A stretch of DNA of 64,000 bases, taken from contig NC_088815.1 of the NCBI RefSeq assembly GCF_011386835.1, positions 15,314,001 through 15,378,000 on the forward strand, in the 5' to 3' direction. The translations under genes were made by a program, and so were the position numbers. Below are positions 1 through 11,480 of this stretch, in pieces. Source of the DNA: Chrysemys picta bellii. Taxonomy: Eukaryota. Below the pieces are notes generated by a model. The model saw nothing but the letters and a program-made list of their open reading frames with translations, was not told the origin of the DNA and ran no database searches. Each line of letters starts with the position of its first letter. The first letter of the stretch is position 1.

Positions 1-971
1 CCATGTGCCCTTCCTCTGCTCCACTTACCTCCGGGATGCAGAGTCTAGACAGAGGGGGGAGGGCAAACTCTCCCTCTATCCTTCAATCAGACAGCGAATT
101 CCTCTGCATCTGCAGATCCCGCCAGCCCTGCACTGGTCTCCCCAGCTGCCCGGTGGATCGTCTTCCTCCAGGACACCCTGTCAGCTCCGTACGTCCACGG
201 CACCCTGAGCCGACAGGCGCCAGCAGCAGAGCTCTCTGGGCTTTGGCCCCCGAGAGATAACCAGGGCATGAGGAAGAAGGTAACGGCCCTGTACCCAACC
301 CGCCCTCCCCTGTTCCTCGGCGTGAACTGCTGCCTGCCCCATCCCACGGGGATCCCCCAGAGCTGGGCTGAGGACAGCAACTGCCCAGACAGATTTCCTC
401 ACGACACAGCCACTGAACGGGACCTTTGGTTACTGCCCCTGGAACGGACAGGGCTCTGTCTGCAGGAGGGGGGCCTCCATTCCAGGTGCCGTCGATCCAG
501 GTTTTCCTCCCAGCTGTCCCAGGCGAGAGGCCGGGCTCACCCAATCTGCTGGCCAGATGGTCAGCTCAGCACTGCCGAGAGATGAGCACGAGCTGGCTTC
601 CGGCCCCCGCCTGGAATGGACCCTGGCTCTAACCCTGCTCCCAGGAGCCCTGGGCCATGGTGGGAGAATGAAACTCCGTCAGCTCCTTGGCTTCCCTGCC
701 AGCGCAGCTGAGCCGGAGACGGGAGGGGCCGTCGGCTGGTGCTCGTCTCCCACTATGATCCAGAGGTGCTGCAACTAGGGGTGCTGGGGGAGCTGCTGCA
801 CCCCCGGGCTTGACGGGGTTCCCATCATACCCAGGGGTTACAGCTTGGTTCAATGGCTCCCAGCCCCCCACTGAACACACTGTTCCAGCCCCCCTGCTGC
901 GCGCTGGTCTGTTCAGGCCCATTACCCAGGCCGCAGAGCCCCTTGGCACTAGGGAAAGAGGAGGCTGAAAC

Positions 972-1066
972 CTTGTCTTTCCGGCTCTGCGTCTCGGGCA
1001 ACTGCTTCCTGCATCCAGTCGTGCAGCCGAACTGCTCCTCGGCGCTGCCATAGGCTTCGATACAAG
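972..1066 (-). CDS. TMEM59L: TMEM59L coding exon 3 (ACIEAYGSAEEQFGCTTGCRKQLPETQSRKDK)
   Basis: Acceptor gtcttgcAG|CT; donor AAG|GTTTCA; phase matches exon 2. Confidence 0.9.
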
Positions 1067-4000
1067 CTGCAAGACAGGAGGGGAAGGGAACGGTCAGGGC
1101 CCGGGCACCCCGCAGCTGTCGGACACGTGGACAACAGGGGGCTGGCAGCACGGCCTAGAGCCAGGCAGAGCCCACCCTGCTCTGCCAGGGCACCCACAGC
1201 CCCCTGCTATGCCAGCCCTGGGCGCCCATGGGCAGCTGTCAGCGTTCCTCAGCCCTGACAGCTATTCCAGAGTTGGCCTTCTGCACGGAGAGAGCCAGGT
1301 CACAGCCAAACTCCTGTGACATGGACAAACGCCCCCCCCCCTGGACTGGGATGAGACCCCCCAGCTCTGAGTCAAACACCCAGCTCCAGGGTGTGTCCAC
1401 CAGCCAAACCCCGTCCGACAGCCCAGCGGAGTCACCCGGAGAGCGCCCCTGGGCTGAGCTGGGCACACACAGGGCTGCCTGACGGGCTCCATGACCTATT
1501 TCATTTCTGCCCAAAGACTAATCAATCATGGCAATCAGCACAACGTTCCCAGACAGGTCTCAGCCTCCAATGGGAAACACCCGGATTTCCCATAAGCAGA
1601 GGGTTAGCCCACGCCGGAACGGCCCAGTCCCCGTTCCAAGCAGCTATCCTGAGATCCCAGCGGCATGGCATAGGGGGGTCGTCTCCCCTACAATACCATA
1701 GACACTGAGGCCTTGTCTACTCTGTGGGGACATTAAAGCCCCCAGAGCACTTTTCCCAAGAGTAGGGGGGTTGCCCAAATAGCCTCGGCTGAAAAGTCCA
1801 CCCGCCCTGGTGCTGAATACCGGCTGCTCCGCTCCGCCCCAGAGGTGGCTGCAGTTCAGTGAGGCTGCAAAGTGCTTTGGGATCCCTTGTGCTGAAAGGC
1901 ACTGGGGGGTTAGCACATCGTCCCTGGGCCAGGGAGGAAGACCGGTTTGCTCACATGACACCGGGAACTTGCTGGACAGCCTTCGGCCTGGCGGGGGGAT
2001 TCGGTTGCTGCTGTGGGAAACTTCCATCTTTGCAGCTGCCTGCCGGCGAGGCTAGAGCTGCACCCCTGGCCGGGTGGTTGGCTTCAGCAGAGGATCCTCC
2101 CCTCCCTTCTCCTACCCCTTTGAGAGGTTGAACTCACGATCAGAACATTATTAATCCCCTTGGTATTTGCTGTGGCCACAGCCCTAATGGGTTCATGTGG
2201 GGCCTTGCATCCACGTGACCCTCCAACTTCCAGGATTTGCACCAGGGAGCGAGCGGAGCTGGCCCGGATTTCCACCAGGGAACGAGTGGAGCCGGCCCGG
2301 ATTTGCACCAGGGAGCGAGCGGAGTTGGCTCAGATTTGCACCAGGGAGCGAGCGGAGCCGGCCCAGATTTGCACCAGGGAGCAAGCGGAGTTGGCCCGGA
2401 TTTGCACCAGGGAGTGAGCAGAGCTGGCCCGGATTTGCACCAGGGAGCGAGCGGAGCCGGCCTGGATTTGCACTGCTGGTGCATCATGGCCATGGAACTT
2501 TGTCTGGACAGCATGGGAGCGCAGAAGGCGCAGAAGCAACCTCTGTCCTGACAGGAATAAGTGGAGAAGCCACTTCTGGACAATGTAACTGAGGGGGCCG
2601 CGGGAGAAGAGGGGAGGGAAAGTTAATTGGCTGTGCTGTTCTTTACCTGATTCACATTCGGCTCTGGTTGTGTTCAGCTCGGCGCTCGCATCCACAAAGT
2701 GACAGATGGAGAACAGCCGGCATCCTCGGTAACAGGCGTTGAGCACGGCATCCTGGAGAGAGGAAGAGGAGAGCTAGGAGCCGGAACAACACACAGTGCA
2801 GTGGTTGCACCCCAGCGCCCTGCAAATACCCGAATGCCCCTGGGGACCCAGCTGTGCTCTGGGACTGGGGCAGCAGGGAAGGGGCGGGGCAGGAGGGCGC
2901 TATCCACTGCATGGGACCAGGACCCCCAGTGGTTGGATCACTGACACCAGCTCCAGATCCTTCTTCCCTGTCGATGGACCACAAGCATCAAGACCTAGCA
3001 CTACATCTAGGTGGTGGCACCGTCTCCCAGGAGGGGTGGTGGAACCCCAGTGCGTTGGGCATTTACCGCGAGGCTGGACAAGGCCCTGCAGAATACACTG
3101 TAGGGAAGGAACGGGGATAGGGCTCCCAGGGGAATGGACTAGATCAGTGGTTTACAACCTGTGGACCATGGAGCCCTGGGGGTCCGCAGACTATGTCTAA
3201 GATTTCCAAAGGGGTCTGCACCTCCATTCGAAATTCTGTAGGGATCCGCAAATGACAAAAGGTTGAAAAGCTCCTGGACTAGAGGAGCCCGAGCTGGCCT
3301 TCTGCATCTCTAACTGGTCTGACCCTCCTGGCACTGGGCAGCCTGCAGCGCCGCATGGTTCTCTGAAAAGCTCAGCGTGACGTTGGAAACGTCTGGCTGC
3401 CCCAGAACTATGGGCCTGGAGAGCCAACAGGACGTGCGTTTCTCACACAGATTCTGCGGGCCCATGCACGTGGGGGAGTCTGCGGGTAGCTGTCCACGCA
3501 CATGTTCGCTGGGGGGGGCACAGTTCTGAGGGCACCTTCACCACCACCCCCAGAATCCTGACTGGCCCGAGAGAAACGCTCCTACCATGGGGCTGGACCC
3601 CAGGGAGAGCTGCTCCAGCCTCAGCAAACACAGCAGCTTCAGCAAAAGAACCGAGGTGCCGATTGCGGCACTCTTCTCCTGGGTGCTGCGCCCAGTAACC
3701 TGCCCCCGTATCATCACTGACCAGCAGTGGGGGAGTTCGGGGCCGCAGCAGGACACACAGCCCCCTCCCCCCTGCCTAGCTGTCTTTGCCAGGGCCCGAT
3801 TCTGCCAGGCAATCACCCACAGCAGCCCTGTGAGGCGAGGCCAACCCTGAGCCCTCTCACCTGAGCTCACCTCTGCCCCACACACCCACTGAGGAGGCTG
3901 CTTGGAAACCAGCCATGTGACGCTTCCACCTTAGTCTCTGTGGCACCACAGCTCAGGCCCTGCACTTGGCACGGGGCGTCCTTACACGCGTGTGAAGTAT

Positions 4001-7000
4001 TGATCCCTCCCCAGTGTTAGTATCACCAATATGGTGTGTATTGGGATCATGCCGGAGCCGGACACACGCGTAACAAAAGGAGGGTCCCTGTCCCACGGTA
4101 AAGTAGCTACACCACTACCTAGCTCTTTGCATGAGTAGATTTGAAATCATTACCCCCATTTTACAGATGGCGAAACTGAGGCATGGAGCAAGGACGTGCC
4201 CAGGGTCATCTAACAGGCCAGTGGCAGAGCCAGGAATAGAACCCAGATCTCCTGAGTCTCAGGCCAGTGTTCTAGCCAAGAGACAGCAAACAGACCCAAC
4301 AAAGACCAGGCAGGAGCCCCCAGGAAGGAGGAGATATTCCCATCAGTCTGACAAGCAGCTGACCCAGTCACCGCGGAGCACTCTGCAGGGAGGGTGAAAG
4401 AGGTGAGTTTTAAGGCAAGCTTGGCAGGAAGTCAGCGGGGCCCTGGACCAGCGATTGTAAGTAGGGCTGCGGTTACTCTTTTCTACGTGCGTGGCGATCT
4501 CACTGCATGAGACTAAATGACAGTAAACCCAGAACTAAAACAAGGGCAAGAAAGGAAAATGCCTGGAAATAACAGAGCACGGGCTGGCAAATGGAGCCCA
4601 CAGAACTGCACGGTTGGTTTTCTGAGACCACGAGTGATTTATTCCAAAAGGGGGCAAGGGAATTTCCCGTCTCCACCAGTCTGTCCTTTGGCTCGACATG
4701 TTCAGCCACCTCCCAGCCCGGGAGTGTATTTCTCTATGGTCGCATTTGAAGATAGACAAAGACACACTATTTACCTACGTCTACAGCTTCATAATCTCTG
4801 TTTTGCACAGAACACCAGGGCTGAATCCCAAACGTCTCTGTGCCAGGAAATGGGAGCGCAGCCCTGCATTTCTCATGCTCAAATGCTGCGCGGATAACAG
4901 AGATGCCGTTGGATGCCCTTCGGCATGAGCCTTTAGAAGGATCCATTTTACACTTCCTCTTCGAGGGTCCATGTATCAGACAACTGGCGTGTACCCTGAG
5001 GGACGCCCTAGGGCATGGAAGTGGGGTAGAATCATCCTTGCTAAGAAAGGGAGACGCTGTCCAGGGTGACTAAAACAAACAACTTTCATCGCCGCCTGCC
5101 CAGCTTCTGTCTGGGCAAACAAACAGCCACTTGCAAGGGGATACGCCGGAAGAGCCCCGGCTGCCCAGTTTCCATTTTAAGACGCTAGCTCTTCCCCCGA
5201 AATCACTGCTTTACGCACATCCTGGCTCAGAGGAGTTATTCCAGCAGGAAGGAGATGCTGGCAGCCAGGTGGACAGCAGCAGCATCCAGTCCCCTCCATT
5301 CTCTGCGACATCGCGGGCAGCCAAAGCCTTGTGCAAAAGCAACCCCGGGAATTCTACAGCCCAGCCCAAGGCTGCCCTGATTTTTTTAAACATGGAGGTG
5401 CAGTGGGCAGAGGCGACAGAACCCAGCATGCAGTGTTCCAGCAAAGGCACTCAGATCGCCATAGAACATTGCATGTTGGGACCTGTAGTCTCCGCAAGCC
5501 GCAGCGAGGTGCCTGCCATACAAGCCGGGTGCTGCCCTCACACGCTTGGGCGAGTTGCTCCGGCCAGCTGTAGGCTTTTCCTTTTGGCAGCATGTGTCAT
5601 GTACTTCAAGCGGGCTTCACATTTTAAGCATGTCTTTGCGAGATATAAAGTTACAGACCCCCCCCCAAATGTTTTCGATTTGCACCCAGCTCCTGTGGCT
5701 GAACCCACAGGGACTCCACGCTTTCACCTCCAAAGCAGGAGCGCTAACCAGAAAGCAGCCCAAACGGCTTGGAAATCAGCCTTCCCGTTTCAGAATAACA
5801 CGAGTTCTCACATGCACCCGTGTACAAAAACCTACCCAGAACAGCCCCAGTCCCGTCCCCCCGCCTTCCTGTTCGTGTGAGACAATCCTCCCCCCGAAGC
5901 ATTATTTATTGCAAACAAACAATCCAGAAAACAAAAGCTAAAATGGACTCGACCGGGACATGGGAAAATCTTGGGCTTGGAGTTTTTCAAGGATTTTTAT
6001 TGTTGCTGCACAAACAAAAGTCAGTCCCCTTTCTGGATGAACGGGGACGACACCAAGTGCAGATAAACCTATTCAGTTATTTTCTAAGGATCGGTTACCA
6101 AGTCTGGGAGGACAAAGACCGGATTCTTCTTTCCTGATGAATGACCAGAGTGGATACCATGAATGGGGGTGGGGAGTATTTCAATTACTTTTTAACTAAA
6201 CTATTATTATTGGTGTATTAGGGATAGCCAGTGTCTGATGACACCATGCATTCCCCCCCGCCCCCCTTGAACTGGTTTTAACAGCAAAAAATGTGACTGG
6301 TTTTAAAACAATCACCTGGGCTTTCCCCCTGCTGTGTCTGGATATGTCACATGGATCTCCGATGGCCTTTTCTACCTGCCAACGTACGACCTTAGTACAT
6401 TTATGATGGCAAGGCTAGGCACACTCTGATTGAGGCCTTAGTTTGCAGTTATTAGTCTAGAAGCCAGAACTGGGGGTTTCAATGATTATTGTTTGTATGG
6501 TTCTTGTCATTGCAGCTCTGATGAATGATACTCAAGCCATTTCCTGAGAGCACTATTGGCTCCAGCACTAACGACAGCTTCATCCAATGCTGGGCGTACA
6601 CCCGTGTGAGGAGTTTGGCAGTTCTCAGTCTCCGACACGGCCCTCCCCGCTTGCGGAGGAGGTATACTGGAAGGAGAAGGTGCCCTAGGGATGCAGTGCT
6701 TTTCTCTCACTCATGGGTTTTCTGGAGAATGGGGCGGGGAGGGGAACACACAGACATCTTTCAGCTCAGCCTGTGAGGGGGGAGCCGTGGGAAAGAAAGC
6801 AGGTGTCCGGCTGCATAACACAACCAGATCCAGCCACTGGCTTCTGCTCTTTAATTGGACACCTGGTGCCTTGCAGAATAAAAGGGATGAACAGCAATTT
6901 GATCAACACCATCCGGCATCGCCCGCCCCCAACCCCCGCACCGGGGCCGCAGCCTCTGCCCGGGCACCTTCCACCAGTCAAAGAGCATCTCCTTGATGAA

Positions 7001-7636
7001 TGCCCTTATTTTTAGTAGGAAGCTCACACCCCCCTCCCCCCGGCTCAGGTTTTTTAAAGGACCCCCCCCCCCCAGCACCAGGCGAGGTCGGGAATCCATG
7101 GGCAAGGCTTTCAAAGGGGAGCCGGGCAGCCCAGAGGCCCCGAACCCGCATAAGCAGAAAGAGGCGGGGGGGGGGGGGGAATGCAGAGGGGGGGCGGTTT
7201 CCACATGACAAACCTTCTCCCTGCTGCAAAAAAAAAAAATAATTAGACCCATCAGCCCCTTTCCTCCTTGCAAAACAAATCAATCCCCCCCCCTTCAGAC
7301 AGCAGGGCTGGCGCCCCCCCCGGCACGATGCAAAGACACTGGAAGATGGACGCCACACACCCCCCCCGGTGTTTTGCTTTTGCTCACAGGCTCCCCCCCC
7401 TTGACAAATCTGTTCCTCTACCCCCCCCTCCCCCCCCGGTTCCCAGGCGGGCTCGGACCCGCCGCACTCACCCGGGCTGCGCCTGGGGGGTGGCCGCAGC
7501 GCTCCTGGCAGGCGCCGATGTCCCCCAGCGGCGGGGAGAAGGGAGCCGCGGAGCCCGCGGCGGAGGCCAGCGCCAGGCAGAGCAGGGGCAGGGGCAGGGG
7601 CAGGGCGCCGCGCCCCGCCATCCCGGCGCGTTGCAT
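972..7636 (-). CDS. TMEM59L: TMEM59L (transmembrane protein 59-like/BSMAP), 5' part; join(7636..7472, 2752..2647, 1066..972); remaining exons lie left of the window
   Basis: Signal peptide (LPLPLLCLALASAAG), then the Cys-rich BSMAP motifs ACYRGCRLFSICHFV and CESACIEAY...GCTTGC. GT-AG junctions with consistent phases 0,1,0. Position next to CRLF1 matches known synteny. Confidence 0.93.
2233..2473. repeat. 33-bp minisatellite, about 7.3 copies
   Basis: Unit GGATTTGCACCAGGGAGCGAGCGGAGCTGGCCC. Confidence 0.95.
2647..2752 (-). CDS. TMEM59L: TMEM59L coding exon 2 (DAVLNACYRGCRLFSICHFVDASAELNTTRAECES)
   Basis: Acceptor ctctccAG|GAT; donor TCAG|GTAAAG. Confidence 0.92.
3145..3276. mobile_element. 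hAT MITE in TMEM59L intron 1
   Basis: CAGTGGTTTACAAC...GTTGAAAAGCTCCTG termini; TSD GACTAGAT/GACTAGAG (7 of 8 match). Confidence 0.85.
4130..4280 (-). mobile_element. MIR/CORE-SINE fragment
   Basis: cccattttacagatggcgaaactgaggca core. Confidence 0.85.
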
Positions 7637-8130
7637 GGCTCCCCGCGGCCGCTCGCAGTGCGGGGCTGCAGCCCACCAGCCCGGGGAGAGGGAGCGCGCG
7701 GTGCCCGGCGGTGCCTGTATCCCCGTGACGTGCTTTGCACAGAGCGAGGGAGTCTGGGAGAGAGACGGGGGGAGGAGGAGGGGGGGGCGGCAGCAGGGGA
7801 TGCAATGGTGCCACATGCATCTCTGCTGCAGGGTCTGCGCTGGAGCTGCTGCTGGAGAAGCAGCGAGCCGGGGCCGGTGCTCAGCAGGGCTGGAACAAGG
7901 CCACAGGGGCCCTTCCTGCACTGGGGGGCCCTGGGATGAGCTGTGCCCAGGAGTCCCCTTTACAGGAGGATGGTGCAGCCAGGCCTGCTGCCCTGCGGCG
8001 CAGTCCGCGCTGGGGCTGGCATCACCCCTCGGCATGAACTCTCACCTCCGCTCACTTGCTGCGGGGAGAGGAACGGAGCCGGGTGGGCCGGAGGCGGGAA
8101 TGAGGCAATGGAAAGTGGAGGGCGCAGGTT
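6950..8130. promoter_or_regulatory. CpG island / TMEM59L promoter with TGACGTG (CRE/UPRE-like) at 7726-7732
   Basis: High CpG density around exon 1; boundaries approximate. Confidence 0.7.
7472..7636 (-). CDS. TMEM59L: TMEM59L coding exon 1 (MQRAGMAGRGALPLPLPLLCLALASAAGSAAPFSPPLGDIGACQERCGHPPGAAR)
   Basis: gccATG at 7636 (alternative in-frame ATG at 7621); donor CGG|GTGAGT; lies in a CpG island. Confidence 0.88.
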
Positions 8131-11100
8131 AGCGTGGGGTCTGTCGAGCAGTGGGATGTGCTGGATAAACCAAGGGAAGGGCGGAGAACTGGCTGTCCCC
8201 TGCCAGTGCCTTTCGATAAGCCAAGTGTATCATCTAGGTCGTAGGCAACCGGCGCATCCGAAACGTGGACAGACGCAGTCTCCCAAAGGAAGTGGTGGGA
8301 GCCCCGTCATTTGAGTCATTCAGAACAGGACAAGGGAAAACCATGAAGAGTAGATGGTCAGGACAAATCCTGCCTGAGGCCCAGGCAAGGGGCTCCATGG
8401 TACCGAAGAGCTCTGTCACGCAGCCTCCAGGGGGGTATTGCATTTCCCGGCTTGGAATGCAAAGGCAGAGAAGATGTCAGGGCCACCTGCCCATCTTGGC
8501 TCTTGGAGTCTCCTAGTTAGCAGAGATGCTCTGTTATGGGGCAGTCATCTTGCCAGAGGGCCTGGGCGGGGCTCTGGAGGTTCACCAGCGGATGCATGAC
8601 AGGAGGGTTTGGGTGAAGGCGCCTTTCCTGGTACAGGCTCCCAGGTACAGGCCCGACACGCTTATATTGGCATCACTGTCCACAAGTACGACATCCTCTG
8701 CGGTGACCGGTCACGCCAGCCAAACCAAGGGTGCATGGTGGCCGTTAAGGGATGCGCCCCTTTGCAGCTGGGCGGCACCGGTCGCACAGCAGGGGAAGCA
8801 GGGAGCGAGGCCTCTCATATCCAGGCCTCTCAGATGCAGCTCTCTGCTGCAAAGGGCACCTGAACAGCTGGCCAGCTGCTGCCTTCCTCTGCTAAGCGGT
8901 TCTGATCTTCCCCCTCCAGCCAGGGCCAAAGCACGTTAGGAGGGAGCACAAAGTACTGAGCATTGGTGCGTGAGTCAGGCGTTTAGTGCGATTCCTTTGG
9001 ACTAGATGATTATTGATTCCGGTGATTAACTCTTAAGGCCCCGGGCATTTCCCAGCATGCTAGTGAGATAGATGAGACGGAGAACAGAAGTGCACACCCT
9101 GCACGTTCCTAGTGAACTAACAAGGGCGTCAGTGAAACGACAGGTGGAGGAGCACCCTGGATTCACCCCAGCTGGGTGAGCAGTACCCCTGGGAGATGCT
9201 GGGAGCAACAGGAATAAAGCAATAATCATTGCCTATTCCATTCCACTGGGGCCCTAAGTCATCCCACTCTGCCCCCACCCCACTGCACATGCAATTGCCA
9301 ACAATAGTCTCTCTCACTTCCTGTCCTAAAACTGTTGTGTGGTGTTGTTGTGAGCTGTTCAACAGGTGCCACGTTCCACCCCAGAGCTGGCTGCATTTAA
9401 GTGGCAGGTGAAATTATCACAGTGAGGGTTGCGTTAATTAATGAGGGGATGAGACCCTTGGGTGGACGAGCCCCAGGGAAGTGCAACAGGCCCGGTTCCA
9501 TTTCCCAGGCTGAGCCCAATCGCTGGTGAATCAGCTGGGGGGAGCGGGGCTGAGGGGAGGACGGGAGCTAGTGGGGGCTAGTTTAGCACCAGTGAGTTGA
9601 TTTCCAGTCATTGCCTTCCCGGCAGCAGCTTCCTCTCTCCCTCAGACAGAGCAACAGCCTAGTCCGGACAGACAGACAGACCAGGCACTGTTCAGTTATA
9701 GTGAATGGCTTTTACTCAGCCTCACATCAGAAGTAACGGAGCCTCCGTTGAAGGGACGGAAAGCCGGGGAAAGCAGCTATTGAATATCCAGAGCAGAGTG
9801 TGACTCAGGCGTCGGCTGGCGACTCGGCAGTGACCCTGTTGCTGGAATCTGCAGAGTCACAAGGGCTCTGTCCTGCAAGGTGCCGGCTGGGATCGCCGGG
9901 AGCTGAGGGCAGGTCTGGGGGAGGAAAGGAACCGGGCAGCGGCCGCTGGTGCAGGGTGCCAGGCATGTGGCCTGAGTGCTACCACTGCTGAGAGTCCAGC
10001 CTGGTAGGGACCAGCTGTGTCAGGTGAGAGAGAGGCTCATAGGCACAGACAGAACGAGCCACACGGAGCTGGGCTGGGGTGAGTCACCGCCCATGGGCCA
10101 GGCTGGTGGCCGGCTGGGCTGGGCTGGGGTTGGTCTGTACCCAGCCGGCGGTACATGCGCCACCCAGGCTCCCTGGGTTTTGTGGATTTGGTGCTGAGTT
10201 GAAGCCCCTGGGGCCTGCATCCACAGGGCACGTCCAACGGGCACTGCTTGCTCCATGCAGGCCCTAGGAGCACAGGTGGGTCGCCCCGGCGCTGCAGCCC
10301 ATCCAGCGCTTTGCCTCCTGTTGGGGGTGCCGTGGAGGGGGCCGGGCAGTGCCCATTGTGGTTATGAAGGCGATTTGTGCGACATGGGCACTAGTCTCCG
10401 GCCCCCAAGGAGACAGGGACGGGCGGGGTTGCACTGGCGGAGGGCCTGGCCCGTGGATGTGTCCCTCTCTAGACAGTCTCGGGCTCTGTGGGCCCCGGAG
10501 GGAGGGTGGCTCCTGACCCAGACTCAGTCCCCTGACCCGGCAGCCCATTGGGCTTCTCTTGATGGCCCAGCCAGCCTGAAAGTGCATCTCCCTTCTGCCC
10601 CCGGGCCCTGGCGGACTCACACCCTGATGAAAGCTGTCTATGGGGGCTCCACAGCCACGCAGGGCAGGTCCACACCCTGCAGCACCCAGCCAGGTGGCCG
10701 GAGGCCTCTGCAGACAGGCTGGGTGGGCAAAGAGCATGAGGGCTGGCACAGAGACGAGCCAGGCCCAGGCAGCTTCAGAGAGCCAGCCACCGGCCCCTGC
10801 TGCAGCAGTAAAGGGGAGGCCGGGCGACCGGCTGCTTCTTATCCGCGGTGTGAGAAGCAGCAGCTAATTAAGCAAGTGCGTGTTGGATTGGGGAGAGCCC
10901 CTGGAGGCCATGCATTCCCGGGCAATTATACCATATGCATCGCGCGGGGCCGGGGGCCAACGTGCTTTCACCACCCAAGAAGAGCAGCTAATCACGGGGA
11001 GCGTCTGAGGCCTGGCACGAGATGGAATCTGCAAAGGGGAAAGACACCAGAGGAAGGCGTTTCCTGGGTATTAGCGGCGTGGCTGTGACATCACTGGTGG

Positions 11101-11394
11101 CCAGTCAGAAAGTGGCACCTGTGCCCATTGACGACACGGCTGTGAGGGACATCACTGGCGGCCAGTCAGAAAGCATCGCTGGTGTCTGCCATGCCTCAAG
11201 CCTGAGCTATTTCCCTAGTGACTTTAGCAGCCCGGAGAGTGGACCTGCCCCACGTCCTCAGGGATTATGGGCCATGGCACCAGAGCTGCCCCAGGAACAC
11301 CAGTGCAGCTGCACCCCGTTAATTGAGCATGGGTGGGCCCTTTAACCGGCTCATTCTCCTCCTGTATGTGAGAATTTCAGATCCTCCTCAGCTT

Positions 11395-11480
11395 GTGGTT
11401 CCAGCGGTGGGACTGAGAGTCGGGACTCCTGGGTTCCATTCTCATCTCTGCCACTGACTCACTGCATGACCTTGTGCCCC
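11395..11480 (+). mobile_element. MIR-like SINE fragment
   Basis: ggactcctgggttccattctcatctctgccactgactcactgcatgacctt. Confidence 0.65.

Noticed and set aside
5053-5073. REST/NRSE-like GACGCTGTCCAGGGTGACTAA in neuronal TMEM59L
   Set aside because: Only one half-site matches; the TCAGCACC half has three mismatches
5131-5880. 249-aa ORF antisense in TMEM59L intron 1
   Set aside because: Non-ATG start, no recognisable domain, no splice support
5904-6001. Two minus-strand AATAAA in TMEM59L intron 1 as intronic polyA sites
   Set aside because: Expected by chance in an AT-rich intronic stretch; no supporting terminal exon
6978-8132. Several 200-280 aa ORFs over the TMEM59L promoter (similar ones over the UBA52 and CRLF1 islands)
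   Set aside because: Stop-codon depletion in CpG islands; only the identified exon segments look coding
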